A DNA stretch of 64,000 nt from Isurus oxyrinchus (taxonomy: Eukaryota). The position numbers and the translations under genes were made by a program. Numbering within the stretch: position 1 is the stretch's first letter; each line of letters opens with the position of its first letter. Of this stretch, positions 24,215 to 37,276 are shown piece by piece. Where the stretch lies: NCBI GenBank assembly GCA_026770705.1, contig JANJGN010000102.1, positions 434,001-498,000 on the forward strand. Reading direction: 5' to 3'. The notes beneath the pieces were generated by a model that was given only the letters and a program-made list of their open reading frames with translations, had not been told where the DNA came from and searched no databases.

Positions 24215-24683
24215 CTGAAAGAACAGAGGTGTGAGGAGTCCCCTGTCTGAGATGGGGGCGGGGGTGGGGTGGGGGGGGGGGGGGGGGGGGGGGGTTGGTG
24301 GGGGGCTGGGAGTTAAAAATAAAATATTACCCAACTTCATCAGAACTGTGAGCTGCTTTGCGGTCAACCTCCTGTTTTGAGAAGAGTGGAACTGATTTTG
24401 CAGGGGTCAGCACAGACAGCTGAGCTCACAGCGCTGACACGTGCTTGCTCTCTGACAATTTATTTACCCAGCCATAAACAGAGATGCTGGGCATCTCCTG
24501 AATAAATGCAGGAGAGCAGAAGGCGTTCTCTTGCACACTCTTAATGTCACTGAGCTGTTTTGTGGCTTTTGCCAGTTGTAGTTGCATCTGAGGAAGGAAT
24601 GATTTGTTGAGAGTGAGAGAGGGAGAGAGAGGTAGAGAGAGATAAGTCGTGAGCAGGAAAGAGCGACTTTAACTTGCTGGAAC

Positions 24684-24768
24684 ATGGGCTGTCCAAGGCA
24701 AAAAAATAAAGCTGGTTTTCTCTGCGCATTGCTGTTAGCATGGCTGTTGGGCTCCGCGATAGAATGTG
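24684..24768 (+). CDS. WA: MHC W-category alpha chain (WA), exon 1: signal peptide
   Basis: ATG at 24684 reads MGCPRQKNKAGFLCALLLAWLLGSAIEC (basic N-region, hydrophobic core). Ends in a phase-1 donor G|GTAAG, as MHC leader exons do. Confidence 0.85.
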
Positions 24769-24874
24769 GTAAGATGATGATTTTAATCGATTCTTTAACT
24801 CTTTTTAACCCAATGTTAGGTTGGGGCGATGTCAGAGGAAGAATGTGAAATATTTACACACTTCTGTTACATTG

Positions 24875-25545
24875 AACATTCCCAGGGCACATACAGCATG
24901 ACGTTAGATACAGAGTAAAGCCCCCTCTACATTGTCCCCATTAGACAGTCCCAGGACAGGTACAGCATGGGATTAGATACAGATTAAAGCTCCCTCTACA
25001 CTGTCCCCATCAAACACTCCCAGGACAGATACAGCACGGGGTTAGATACAGAGTAAAGCTCCCTCTACACTGTCCCCATCAAACACTCCCAGGACAGATA
25101 CAGCACGGGGTTAGATACAGAGTAAAGCTCCCTCTACACTGTCCCCATCAAACACTCCCAGGACAGGTACAGCACGGGGTTAGATACAGAGTAAAGCTCC
25201 CTCTACACTGTCCCCATCAAACACTCCCAGGACAGGTACAGCACGGGGTAGATACAGAGTAAAGCTCCCTCTACACCATCCCCATCAAACAATCCCAGGA
25301 CAGGTACAGCACGGGATTAGACACAGAGTAAAGCTCCCCCTACACTGTCCCCATCAAACACTCCCAGGACAGGTACAGCACGAGGTTAGATACAGAGTAA
25401 AGCTCCCTCTACACCGTCCCCATCAAACACTCCCAGGACAGGTACAGCACAGAGTTAGATACTGAGTAAAGCTCCCTCTACACTGTCCCCATCAAACACT
25501 CCCAGGACAGGTACAACACAGGGTTAGATACAGGGTAAAGCCATC
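24875..25545 (+). repeat. 69-bp minisatellite array
   Basis: About 9-10 units. Confidence 0.95.
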
Positions 25546-25685
25546 TCAACTGGCACATTTTGGGGTTAATGGCTGTTGGTGAGTGGAGACTGACAGGTCT
25601 TTGTGAATTCTCAGCTCAGGTGGGAGAAAGACCAGCGTTGGTCTTGGAAACTGGAGATAGCTTAAGTTGTATTTGTATTTATAGG

Positions 25686-26882
25686 TGTTAGGAATAAGCT
25701 GTAGCTTTAAGTTTAAATTTAATTTTTATTTCTGTATTTGTTTTTTAAAGGAACCTGAGTTTTAATTTCGCTTTAAACTGATGCCTGCAATTTGAGGGCT
25801 TTGTTTGTATACCTGAATTCTACTAAGATTTTATGGCTCTTGAAGTAGGAAAAATTATGCTGTTGCCTAGCAACAGGGGGGTCCACAGAGACAGAATAGC
25901 AGTTTTAGTTCACTTGGAAGCAGGTGCCAGGAGAAGCTGGACACAAGAGAGGGGACTGCAGGAAGCAGGTTCGAAAGGATGAGAAGTTCCCAAACCAGGG
26001 AGTGGCTCAGGAGAAAAGTCCCAGGAAGACAGTGAAGTCAAGGGAGAAGAACAAGAATTTGAACAAGGTCCTGCCTAGTGAAGTTAAACTTAGGAGCAGA
26101 GGACAATGCTCCAAATTAAAGAGAGAAAGCTGCAGAGAACAGACTTAAAGCAAATTAGGCATGTTGGAAGGCAAAAGATCCAAGGAGACAGCTGAGGGTC
26201 GAAAACTCTTTACTATGAGCATGTGAAGCAGGCACGGCTGAGTATCGGAGAGAGAGTACAAGGAAGGCAAAGTTTGAATGCACATGGTGATCCAGAGGAG
26301 AGGAACATCAGAAGGAAAGATCGAAAGCCTGGAAGTGGACCCTTGTGGAAGGCGTCAGAGAGAAAACGTCATTTGGGAGAAGATTCTAAAGCAAATTCTT
26401 CACAAGTGGAGATTGGAAACCTTCGTATAAAAGATGAAGTTCAGTGAGCCCGGTTGGCTCACTGTGTGACAAGTGTCTGGGGGGAGCTGATGAGAGATCC
26501 TTCGCATGCATTTGGGGTGGCACTGTCACTTGGTTACAGAGTGTGGTGTGTCTGACCACAGGTCGATTATTGGTTTACATGGACTATGTACTTACAGTGA
26601 AGCTTAGAGGATAGGATAGCTTTTTAACTTGTGTTACCTTTATGAATCTATATATATCCATGAAGGTGTAGTTGTGGGTAATGGAGTATTGTTAATATAG
26701 TTCATCTTTTCTTGCTTAATAAATGTTTTATTGTTTTGTTAAAAATTCATCAGCTGTCTCCTGTGACTGTTCAGTGGCTGCCCTCCACGTTTCTAAATAA
26801 AAAATAAAAGTTAGGTTCTATCCAGCTGAGTTCCAACTTGGGATCTGAATTGTCCAGTAGTAACATCAGCTGGGATCGTAAC
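25686..26882 (+). mobile_element. Probable solo LTR in WA intron 1
   Basis: Begins TGTTA, ends GATCGTAAC, with AATAAA signals near the 3' end and no coding content. No clear TSD. Confidence 0.45.
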
Positions 26883-27059
26883 TGACGCTTAGTCCGTTTT
26901 TAGGTGACAGTGGCTGTCACCCTCTAAATATCACACACCAGATGTCATGCTGCACACATCTTAACCATTCTTGCAAATGATTATTTCAAAGCAGAGAGAA
27001 AGAGGGAGAGAGAGAGAGAGGAATTCTAGTCAAGGGTAGGAATCAGATGGAACAGTCAG

Positions 27060-28220
27060 AGAATGGCTGTGGCACAGAAGGAGACATTCAGCCCATCGTG
27101 CCCTCTGCAAGAGATCTCACCCAGTCCCACTCCCAACCTTTTCCCCGTAACCCTGTACATTCTTCCTTTTCATATAACAATCCAATTCCCCTTTTGAAAG
27201 CCTCGACGGATCCTGCCTCCATCAGGCTCTCAGGCAGCACATTCCAGATCCTAACCACTCGCTGTGTGAAAAAGTTTCTCCTCATGACTCCATTGCTTAG
27301 AACCATAGAAAAGTTACAGTGCAGAAAGAGGCCATTCAGCCCATTGTGTCTGTACCGGCCATAAAGAGAAAAGAAGTTAACCTCTTTTTTAATCCCACTT
27401 TCCAGCACCTGGTCCATAGCCTTGCAGGTTACAGTACCTCAGGTGCAGATCCTGGTACCTCCTAAATGTGTTGAGTGTTTCAGCCTCAACCACTAATTTC
27501 AGGCAGTGAATTCCAGATCCCCACCACACTCTGGGTGAAGAAGTTTTTCCTCATGTCCTCTCTAATCATTCTATCAATCACCTGAAATCTGTGCCCCCTG
27601 GTAATTGACCCCTCAGCTAGGGGGAAACGGGTCTTTCCTGTCTATCCTATCTAGGCATCTCATAATTTTGTACACCTCAATTAGGTCACCCCTCAGCCTC
27701 CTCTGTTCTAAGGAAAACAACTCCAGCCAATCCAATCTTTCCCCATAGCTGCAATTTTCCAGCTCTGGCAACATTCTTGTAAATTTCCTCTGTGCTCTCT
27801 CCAAAGCGATTATGACCTTCTTGTACAAAAAATTCCAGCTGTGGCCTAACCAGCATTTTATACAGTTCCATCATTTCATTCCTCCTTTTGTATTCAATAC
27901 TTCATCCAATAAAGGAAAGCATTCCACATGCTTTCTTGATCACTTTGTCCACCTGTCCTGCCACCTTCAGGGACCTGCAGACATGCAGTCCAAGGCTTCT
28001 CACTTCCTCAACCTCTCTCAATATCCTCCCGTTTATTGAGTAGTCCCTTGTCTTTTTTGAACCCCCTCCAAATGCATCTCTGGATTAAATCCATTTGCCA
28101 CTTTTCCGCCCACTCAACCAAACTTTCTTTTGCCAATTGCCTTAAATCTGTCTCCTCTGGTTCTCGATTCTTCCACCAAGTTTCTCCCTATCTACTCTGT
28201 CCCAGGCCCCTCATGATTTT
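27060..28220 (-). mobile_element. CR1 3' fragments
   Basis: LELFSLEQRRLRGDLIEVYK; RRNFFTQRVVRIWN. Confidence 0.8.
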
Positions 28221-28639
28221 CAAAGTGGAATCGTTATATTTTATAAGATATTCCAAACCATCTTTGATTAATAAGCTAAAGCATGAATGTCTGAATATGA
28301 CTGATTGCACCTATGTTATTTACTTTATTAACTACAATAGCTGAGGGAACACAATAGTTCGCTTAATATCCAAAGCACATATTTCATTCTGCTTTTTTCA
28401 TTCTGCCAGTGTGCAAATAAATCATCGCAATTGAATTCCTTGGTGCAACGTTCCTTGTATACGATGGTAACCTGCACCAGCTGTCTTCTTTTATTCTGCA
28501 TTATTTTCAGGATAATGTGGGTGTCCTTTACCTAGCATTCATAGCAGCAGGGAAACCAGCCAATCCCCCTCCCTTTTCTTTTCTGTTCCAGTCTCACTCA
28601 GCCAACCCCCCCCTCCGCACCCTCACTTCTTCTTCCAGT

Positions 28640-29320
28640 ACATTGATGACAGCCGCTTCCTCTGCTGGTCCTGAACCGGAACATTTCAATCAACTTTGCT
28701 TCCAATCTCCACACTTATGTTCAGTCCACGGGCGTCACCCTGAAATTCTGGTTGCCTGTCTCTTTAATTTTCCACCTCACTCTGACTCTGATCTCCCTGC
28801 CCTCGGTCTGCAGTGCCGTTCTGATTCTGACCTCCCTGCCCTCGGCCTGCGGCGTTGTTCTGACTCTGACTTCCATGTCCTCGGTCTGCGGTGCCGTTCT
28901 GACTCTGACCTCCCTGCCCTCGGACTGTGGCGCCATTCCAATGAAGCTCAAGGAGTAACACATCTTTTAATTAGTCGCTTTACAGCCTTCTGGACTCAAC
29001 ATTGAGTTCAACAATTTTAGATCATAATCTCTATTCCCATGCTTTGGGCGGCAGCTGTTGGTGATGATCCTATGTTTCCCGTTTACACCTCCTCTAGATC
29101 TATCATCCATTTCTATTTTGTCTAATTACCATCTTTTTTGTCCTTGCACCCTCCTCCCATTTGTCATTTAATCTCTCCCGTCTTCTCTACCCTATTCCAG
29201 ACCTTCACTTTTGTTCTTCCTACCCCTCCCCACTCCTCTGTATTTGTTTGAAACCTGTCATCTCTCTTTCCCCAGCTCCAATGTAAGGTCTTCGAGCTTG
29301 AATGTTAACCCTGTTTCCCT
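28640..29320 (+). mobile_element. Decayed Penelope-like 3' fragment with an internal 42-bp tandem repeat (about 28780-28935)
   Basis: Similar to 15870-16050 (ttgcctgtc..tttaa, ttccaatgaagctcaa, acagccttctggactcaacattgagttcaacaa). Confidence 0.65.
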
Positions 29321-30786
29321 CGACAGCATTACTGCCTTGGCTCTGGACCATTCCTGGCTTTTTCAGAGTCCCTTACTTATGCTTGTGTGTTTATTTTCTA
29401 TTCCTTCTTGGGATGTAAGTGTTGCTGGCGAACCGGCATTTGCTGCCCACCCCAAATTGCTTCTTGAACTGAGTGTCTCACTAGAGCCACTTCAGAGGGG
29501 CCAATTAAGAGTCAGCCACATTGCTGTGGGCCTGGAGTCACATGTAGGCCAGACTGGGTAAGGATGGCAGATTTCCTTACCTGAAGGGACAGTGAACCAG
29601 ATGGGGTTTTTACACCAATCCAGTAATCTCATGATTATATCAGCTTTTTAAATTCTGGGTTTATTAATGAATTTCATTTACATTTCCCCAGCTGCCATGG
29701 TGGGATTTGAATTCATGGGCAGGATTTTTTGAATGGGTCCCGCGCCATCACCCACAGAGTCAATGGGGACACTACCTCGCTGATCCTGGCAGCCGTTGAA
29801 CACTCCATGAGGCTTTCGTTGTCTAAGTTTGAGGCCATTGCCTCACCACCACCCCCATCCCCCGCCCCCACCCACCCCCCCCCCACCCCACCCCAAACCT
29901 GGGGAGGGGGAGCCATCGTAAGAGAGCTGCTGGTTAACCTGATTGGCTGACAGAACTATAGTCCCAGCAGCGCCACGTTTGAGCGGTGCCCACTGCTAAG
30001 GCTACAGCCAGTCCTCGAAGAGGAGGTTATGAAGGCCGGTGTTTTTTTATTCTTTCATGGGATGTGGGCATCGCTGGCTAGACCAGCAACTATTGCCACC
30101 CCCTATTGACCTTGAGAAGGTGGTGGTGAGCCGCCTTCTTGAACTACTGCAATCCCTGTGCTGTAGGTACACCCACAGCACTACTAGGGAGGGAGTTCCA
30201 GGATTTTGACCCAGCGACAGTGGAGGAACGGCTGATGTATTTCCATGTCAGATGGTGAGTGGGTCGGAGGGGAGCTCACAGGCGGTAGTGTTCCCATGTG
30301 TCTGCTGCCTTTGTCCTTCTAAGTAGTAGTGGTCGCGTGTTTGGGCGGTACTGTCACAGGAGCCTTGGTGAGTTGCTGCAGTGCATCTTGTCGATGGTAC
30401 ACACACTGCTGCCCCTGTGTGTTGGAGGGAGTGAATGTTAAAGGTGTGGATGAGGTGTCGAACAAGCAGGGCTGCTTTGTCTTGGATGATGCCCATGGAG
30501 TGGCCAGGTAAAGAGCCTCAACAGGTCCAGGGGGCCCCACACCTCCACTGCCCCCCTCCCACCACCCCCACCCCCACCACCCCCCCACCCCCCTCCATAA
30601 GATAAGAGACAGCTCGGAGTGGGTGGGTACGTGGCAGACAGGCCACTTGCTGCATATCACCAGCAGTGCCACCGGGTTCGCAAGTGGGGGGGAACCATAA
30701 AACCATGGCTCTGGATTATGAGCCCAATGACATCCACAGTAAGTTACCATCCCCTGAAGCTGATCCCAATTATTTTTCACTTCTAG

Positions 30787-31035
30787 CAGAGCAAAGAGTG
30801 CGGGGGATGATTTTCAGCGTCTCTGACAGCCGGACCTCCATCGTCACCTCGACCACTGATGACATGACCCTCGCCTACCATAACAGCACCGAGTCCAACT
30901 TTGTGTTCCTTATCGAGGCGCTGAATGCGCTCCATGCTGAGTCAAACAATCTCATCCAGAAATACCAGAGCTATCTGACATTGAATGAAATCTTTCTCAA
31001 CGAAATGGCGAACCGCATCCCGGAGAAACAAAACG
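30787..31035 (+). CDS. WA: WA exon 2: alpha1 (membrane-distal) domain
   Basis: Acceptor ttttcacttctag| (NAGNAG alternative at 30790), phase 1-1, 249 nt, donor G|GTAAT. Reads AEQRVRGMIFSVSDSRTSIVTSTTDDMTLAYHNSTESNFVFLIEALNALHAESNNLIQKYQSYLTLNEIFLNEMANRIPEKQN. TTDDMTLAYHNS resembles the MHC alpha1 VDDxxFVxFDS segment. Confidence 0.85.
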
Positions 31036-32482
31036 GTAATTTGAATAGTCACTTGGTGGTACGGAATATGAGCATTGGTGAAAAACAGACATGATGTTGA
31101 AACTTTTTGTCTCACAATCATCAGGATAGATGGAAGAATGCCAAATTTCAAAGGGGAGAGAGAACAAAGAATGACACTAAGAACTACACCAATGACCATT
31201 TTTAAATTATCAGTGGGATTCGCACATACACATGCTAGAAGCTACATATATTCATATGCAGGGACCTGCCCTCTGCAGACAGAAGGAACATATCCAGCCA
31301 TGGCACCTTTTTCGAACTAAATAAAAGTGTGAGGGACAAAAGCTCCCTGGTGCATTCTCCATGGCAACACCTTGACCAATAAGAATTGACTTTCCAGCCA
31401 ATCAGCACCCTATTCTCATGCAGTATAAATTGTTGCTCCCTCAGAAATTTGGCATTCTTGCTTCTGTCCTGGTGAGTCCAAGAGAAAAAGCTTTGACAGC
31501 ATGTTTCTTTTCTCAGCAATCCTCAAATGCTGTACTGTCAGGTGACCAGTCTTTAATTCTATGATTCCTTTCTCAATTACCTCATGCTCCCCCTCATAGA
31601 GTTAAACAGCACAGAAACAGGCCCTTCAGCCCGTATTTGTCTCAGTTTGAGATATCCCATCCACCCCATCGCCTGCTTTATGCTCAGTTCTCAATCCTCC
31701 TCCCTTACTTATTGGAACATCCCGGGAGCTCCAAGACGGTGAGGCACTAGGCTCGGGACACGAGTCAAGGAACAGGGGAGGCCATTCAGCCCCTTGAGCC
31801 TGCATCACCATTCAATCCAATCGTGGCTGATCTACAACCTAACTCCATTTTAGGCCACACCTGGAGTCACTGTGAGCAGTTCTGGGCATCACACCTTCGG
31901 AAAGATATGCTGACCTCGGAGAGGGTTCTGTATTGATTGACCAGAATGATCCCTGGACTCCAAGGGTTAAATTCTGAGGAGAGGTATCAGAAACTATGCT
32001 CATATTCCCTGGAATTGAGAAGATTAAGGGGGTGATCTGAACAAAGTTTTCGAGATATTCATGGGAACTGATAGCTCTGATTGAGAGGGATCGTTTCTCG
32101 CTGGTCGGGGGGGTAGGGTAGTCTGGGACAAGGGGGCAGAGTCTGAAAATGAGAGCTAGACCCTTCAGGAGTGAAGTGAGGAAAAACTCCTACACACAAA
32201 GGGTGGTTGGAGCTTGAAACTCTCTTCCCCAAATGGCCATTGATGCCGGGTCAATTGTTAATTTTAAATCTGTGAGATTGAGAGATTTTTGCTAACCAAA
32301 GGTTTTAAGGGATACTGGGCGAAGGCAGGTAGGTGGAGATAGGTGACAGATCAGACATGATCTCGCTGAATGGTCAAAGTCTTCCTGTTCTGTCTATTTG
32401 GGGGGGGCGATCTGCTTAATTTTGAAGATGCGAGCTCTGCTGCTAACACCCCCTTTCAAGTTTTTAACCTTGTGCCTTCCAG

Positions 32483-32761
32483 ACGACCCCATAGTGTTGC
32501 TTTATCCGGGTGAACCCTTCACCTTAGGGGGGAAGAACACCCTGAATTGTTTTGTGAGTCATCTGTTTCCGCCAGTGGCCCATGTGTCCTTCCTGAAGAA
32601 CGATCAGCCCCTATCTGGGCAAGTGAGGTCCTCGCAGTTCACCTTCGACAACAGCTGGACGTTTCAAATCTTGAAATATGTGCAAATTGAGCCTGCTGTC
32701 GGGGACAACTATTCGTGTGTGGTGGAGCTAGTCACCAAGGAGCAGTTCCAAGCCTACTGGG
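32483..32761 (+). CDS. WA: WA exon 3: alpha2 Ig C1-set domain with beta-2-microglobulin-like residues
   Basis: Acceptor ccttccag|, 279 nt, phase 1-1. Reads DDPIVLLYPGEPFTLGGKNTLNCFVSHLFPPVAHVSFLKNDQPLSGQVRSSQFTFDNSWTFQILKYVQIEPAVGDNYSCVVELVTKEQFQAYW. Two Ig cysteines; FTFDNSWTF parallels b2m LSFSKDWSF; VSFLKN lacks the canonical C-strand Trp. Confidence 0.92.
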
Positions 32762-33645
32762 GTACAGTCCATCATTAAAACTGGGGTACATTGATCATTA
32801 ACACTGCGGTATACTTATCATTAATACTGGGGTACAGACCATCATTAACACTGGGGTACAGATCATCATTAACACTGGGGTACAGTCCATCATTAGCACT
32901 GGGGTACAGATCATCATTAACACTGGGGTACCCTGATCATTAACACTGGGGTACAGACCATCATTAACACTGGGGTACAGATCATCATTAACACTGGGGT
33001 ACAGTCCATCATTAGCACTGGGGTACAGATCATCATTAACACTGGGTTACCCTGATCATTAACACTGGGGTACAGACCATCATTAACACTGGGGTACAGA
33101 TCATCATTAACACTGGGGTACAGTCCATCATTAGCACTGGGATACAGTTATCATTAACACTGGGATATACTGATCATAAACACTGGGGTACAATTATTAA
33201 CACTGGGATACACTGATCATTAACACTGGGGTACCCTGATCATTAACACTGGGGTGCAGTCCATCATTAACACTGGGGTACACTGATCATTAACACTGGA
33301 ATACAATCCATCATTAACACTGGCGTACAGTCTGTCATTAACACTGGGATATACTGATCGTTAACACTGGGATAAAGTGATCATTAACACTGGGGTACAC
33401 TGACCATTAACACTGGGGTACACTGATCATTAACACTGGGGTACACTGAACCTTAGCACTGGGATACACTGAACCTTAGCACTGGGATACACTGATCATT
33501 AGCACTGGGGTTTACTGAACATTAGCACCAGGGTACAATCCATCATTAACACTGGGATATACTAATCATTAACACTGGGGTACACTGATCATTAACATTT
33601 GGGTAAAGTCCATCATTCACAGTGGGATACAGTATGTCATTAACA
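32757..33645 (+). repeat. About 22-24-bp minisatellite starting at the WA alpha2 splice donor
   Basis: Unit ctggggtacagtccatcattaaca. Confidence 0.93.
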
Positions 33646-34385
33646 GTGCGACACAGTAACTGACAGACAAGGCACAAACTGACAGACAGACATTTACAGA
33701 CTGACAGACAGGCAGAGACGAATTGACAGACATAGACTGCGAGGCAGACAGGTGCAGACTGAGACAGATAGACACAGACTGATGGAAAGATACACAGGCA
33801 GACATTGACAGCCGGTAAAAACACACTGAAAGACAGATACACACAGGGCAGACAGGGGTTTCAGACCCATTCACAACAGCAGAGGTGAAGGTAGACACGG
33901 TCAGAGACAGACACACACACACACCACACACACAGTGACAAACACACACACACAATCACAGAAACCCACAGTCATAAACACTCACTGTCACAAACACAGT
34001 CACAAAGATACACACTGTCATATATATGCACACAGTCGTAAATGCACACACAATCACAGACACACACTCATAACATGCAGTCACAGGCACACACATAGTC
34101 AAAGACATACACAGTCACAGACACACACAGTCATAAACACAGACAATCACAAACACACACAGTCACAAACACACACAGTCACAAACACACACAGTCATAA
34201 ACACACACAATCACAAACACACACAGTCACAAACACACACAGTCACAAACACACACAAAGACATACACAGTCACAAACACACACAGTCACAAACACACAC
34301 AGTGAAAGACATACACAGTCACAAACACACACAGTCACAGACACACACAATTACAAACACACACACAATCAAAGACATACACACA

Positions 34386-35975
34386 GGGCAGAATTTTACA
34401 TCTCGCAGACGAGTCCCCACCCGACGTGATTGGGTGTAAAATAGTGCGCGATGACATCAGGTGAGCGTCCCGACGTCATCCTGCGCTCACACGATATTTT
34501 GCTCAGTGAGCGCACATGGGAGTCGGAGCCGTGCCCATCATCAATTAGAAGGCTGCTTCAGGCCATTAAAAAGGCAATTGACCAAGGTTTCACGTTGCCT
34601 GCGATTTCATGCTCATTGCACGGGTAGGTGGGCAGCCGACATTTTGGCAAAACCTCATCCAAGGACGGGATAAAAAGGGTTAGCAGCATTGCCAGTGTGA
34701 GGACTTTGGTAGATAGTTTGCTGCCGGTTCCTTATTGGTACTTGGCAGCTTCATCTCTGTCCAGGGCTTCATTGATAGCATTTCCAGGCTGGATGTGAGG
34801 ACTCCTTGATGTTTTCAAGGCTCCTGGAGGATTTTGACCGTATAGACCCTTCCAGGTGTGACCCTGGTAATGGGGATTGTGCTCCCCGCTGGAGGCACCT
34901 CCTCTGAAGAGGAAGAGAGGGGCAGAAGGGAGAGGAGGCCTGCTATCCCAATGCAGCTTCTGGGGGGGAGCGAACTGTGGGGGGAAAGGTGCAGGCACAG
35001 CGGGCACAGAGCCAGCAGGTATCCCACAGCGGAAGGGGCCTCAGTGGACGCCACTATCCTGCTGCCAGGGTTTACAGGTGGCAGTGCAGCTACATCAATA
35101 TGTCCGGCTGACCCACTGGTGCCTTGATGGCCACATGTGTGCAGTCGATGGTACCCTGGACGCAGGGGAACCTAGCAATCATTGCAAAGCCTCTGGCTCA
35201 CTCAACCTGGCTGGCCTCGTTCGTACGGAAATGAATAACTGTCAGTGCCCACCTGATCAGAGCTTCTCTCACCAGCTTCATGCAACTGTGAACAGCTGAC
35301 TGGGAGACTCCACACAGATTCCCCACTGACCCCTGGAAAGTGCCAGAGGCATAGAAGTTGAGGAGCACTGTGGCCTTCAGAGCCACTGGCTTGAGGTGTC
35401 CACCCACACAACCGGAGATGATCTCAGATCCAGTCATCTGGCAAACGGAGGTCACGGTCTCCCTTGAGAGGCAGAGCCTCCTTCGGCATTGCACCTCCGA
35501 CATATAGAGGTAGCTGCATCGCCGCCTGTAAACCCTAGCAGCAGGATAGTGGCATCTTCTGCAGCCCCTTCTGCCTTGGACTACCTGCTGGCCCTGCACC
35601 CCCTGTGCCTGCACCTCTCATCCCACAGGTCGCTCCCCTGGAGGCTGAATATCGACACCTGGCCTCCTCCCCCTTCTGCCCTCTCTTCCTCCTCAGAGGA
35701 GGTGCCTCCAGCGGAGACCACAATATCCATTACCTGGGTAACAAGAGGATGTTTGATACCTGGAAGGGTCCACATGATCTGAATTCTCCAAGGTCCTTAG
35801 AGACACCAAGGAGTCCTCAATTGAAGTCTGGAAATGCTAACAATGAAGCCCCAAACAGAGATGAAGCTGCTATATAGCAATAAGTCACCAGCAGCAAACT
35901 ATCTACCAAACTCCCCACTTCTCATTTTGGCAATGCTGCTGACCCTTTTTATCCCATCCGTGGATGAGATTTTTG
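34386..35975. mobile_element. PIF/Harbinger transposon remnants: two left-end pieces in inverted orientation
   Basis: Minus-strand LNFYASGTFQGSVGNLCGVSQSAV and FPCVQGTIDCTHVAIK (HARBI1-like DDE motifs). Terminus GGGCAGAATTTT at 34386. Confidence 0.8.
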
Positions 35976-36637
35976 AAAAAAAACAGTCACAAACAAACAC
36001 ACACACAGTCACGCACACACACACAGTCACAAACACACTCAGTCACAAACACAGTCACAAACAAACACCACACAGTCTCAATCACAGTCACACACGTACA
36101 CACAGAGTCACAAACACGCTCAGTCACAAAGTCACGCACGCACACACACAATCACAAACATGATTAGTCACAAACATAGTCACAAACAAACACACATATA
36201 GTCTCAAACACAGTCACGCACGCACACACACAGTCACAAATACGCTCAGTCACAAACAAAGTCACGCACGCACACACACAGTCTCAAATACGCTCAGTCA
36301 CAAACAAAGTCACGCACGCACGCACACACACAGTCACAAATACGCTCAGTCACAAACAAAGTCACACACGCACACACACAGTCACAAACACGCTTAGTCA
36401 CAAACACAGTCACAAACAAACACACACAGGCACAAACACGCTTAGTTACAAACACAGTCACAAACAAACACATACACACACACAGTCACAAACACGCTCA
36501 GTCACAAACACAGTCACGCACAAACACACACACACAGTCAAAAATATGCTCAGTCACAAAAACAGTCACGCATGCACACACACACACACGATCACAAACA
36601 CAGTCGCGCACAAATACACACACACACACACACACAC

Positions 36638-36753
36638 GGCAGAATTTTATGACAGCGGGGATTTTACATTCCCGCTGTTGTCAATGGCATTTATAACAGC
36701 CCGCCGCATTTTACGGCTCTGTCCCCATGGTAACGGGGCCGTAAAATTCTGCC
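36638..36753. mobile_element. MITE sharing its terminus with the Harbinger element
   Basis: TIRs GGCAGAATTTTA ... TAAAATTCTGCC, flanked by CAC on both sides within a CA-rich tract. Confidence 0.75.
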
Positions 36754-36916
36754 CACACGGTCACAAACATGCTCAGTCACAAACACAGTCATGCACAAAT
36801 ACACATACACATTTACACACACACAGTCAAAATCATGCTTAGTCACAAACACAGTCACGGACAAGCACACACACACAGACAAAAACATGCTCAGTTACAA
36901 ACACAGTCATGCACAA

Positions 36917-36949
<33 letters not shown>

Positions 36950-37276
36950 GACAAAAACATGCTCAGTCACAAACACAGTCACGCATACACACACAGTCAC
37001 AAACATGCTCAGTTACAAACACAATCACGCATTCACACAGTCACAAACAGTTACACACACACACACACACAGTCACAAACACAATCGCAGTCACAGACAT
37101 ACACACACACTCACAAATCTGCTCAGTCACAAACACAGTCAGGCACACACACACATACACAAAGAACGCACACACACAAACATTTACACACAGACTCATA
37201 CAAACGCACACATATTACATACACATAGAGAATCAAACTAACTAAATTAAACTAACTAATACCCTTCGATTTACAG

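Larger units (their letters stand above)
33900..37230. repeat. CA-rich compound microsatellite (cagtcacaaacacaca) interrupted by Harbinger pieces
   Basis: Low-complexity tract seen directly. Confidence 0.9.

Noticed and set aside
31350-31410. CCATGGCAAC plus CCAAT boxes as an SXY module
   Set aside because: Wrong Y-box orientation and spacing, and part of a Penelope-derived repeat also seen near 3800-3850.
32483-32761. Classical class II alpha or true B2M call
   Set aside because: The b2m-type F/W residues and missing C-strand Trp argue against class II alpha; the alpha1 and TM exons argue against B2M.
35120-35614. Host HARBI1 gene
   Set aside because: Fragmentary, frameshifted and embedded in transposon-end sequence.
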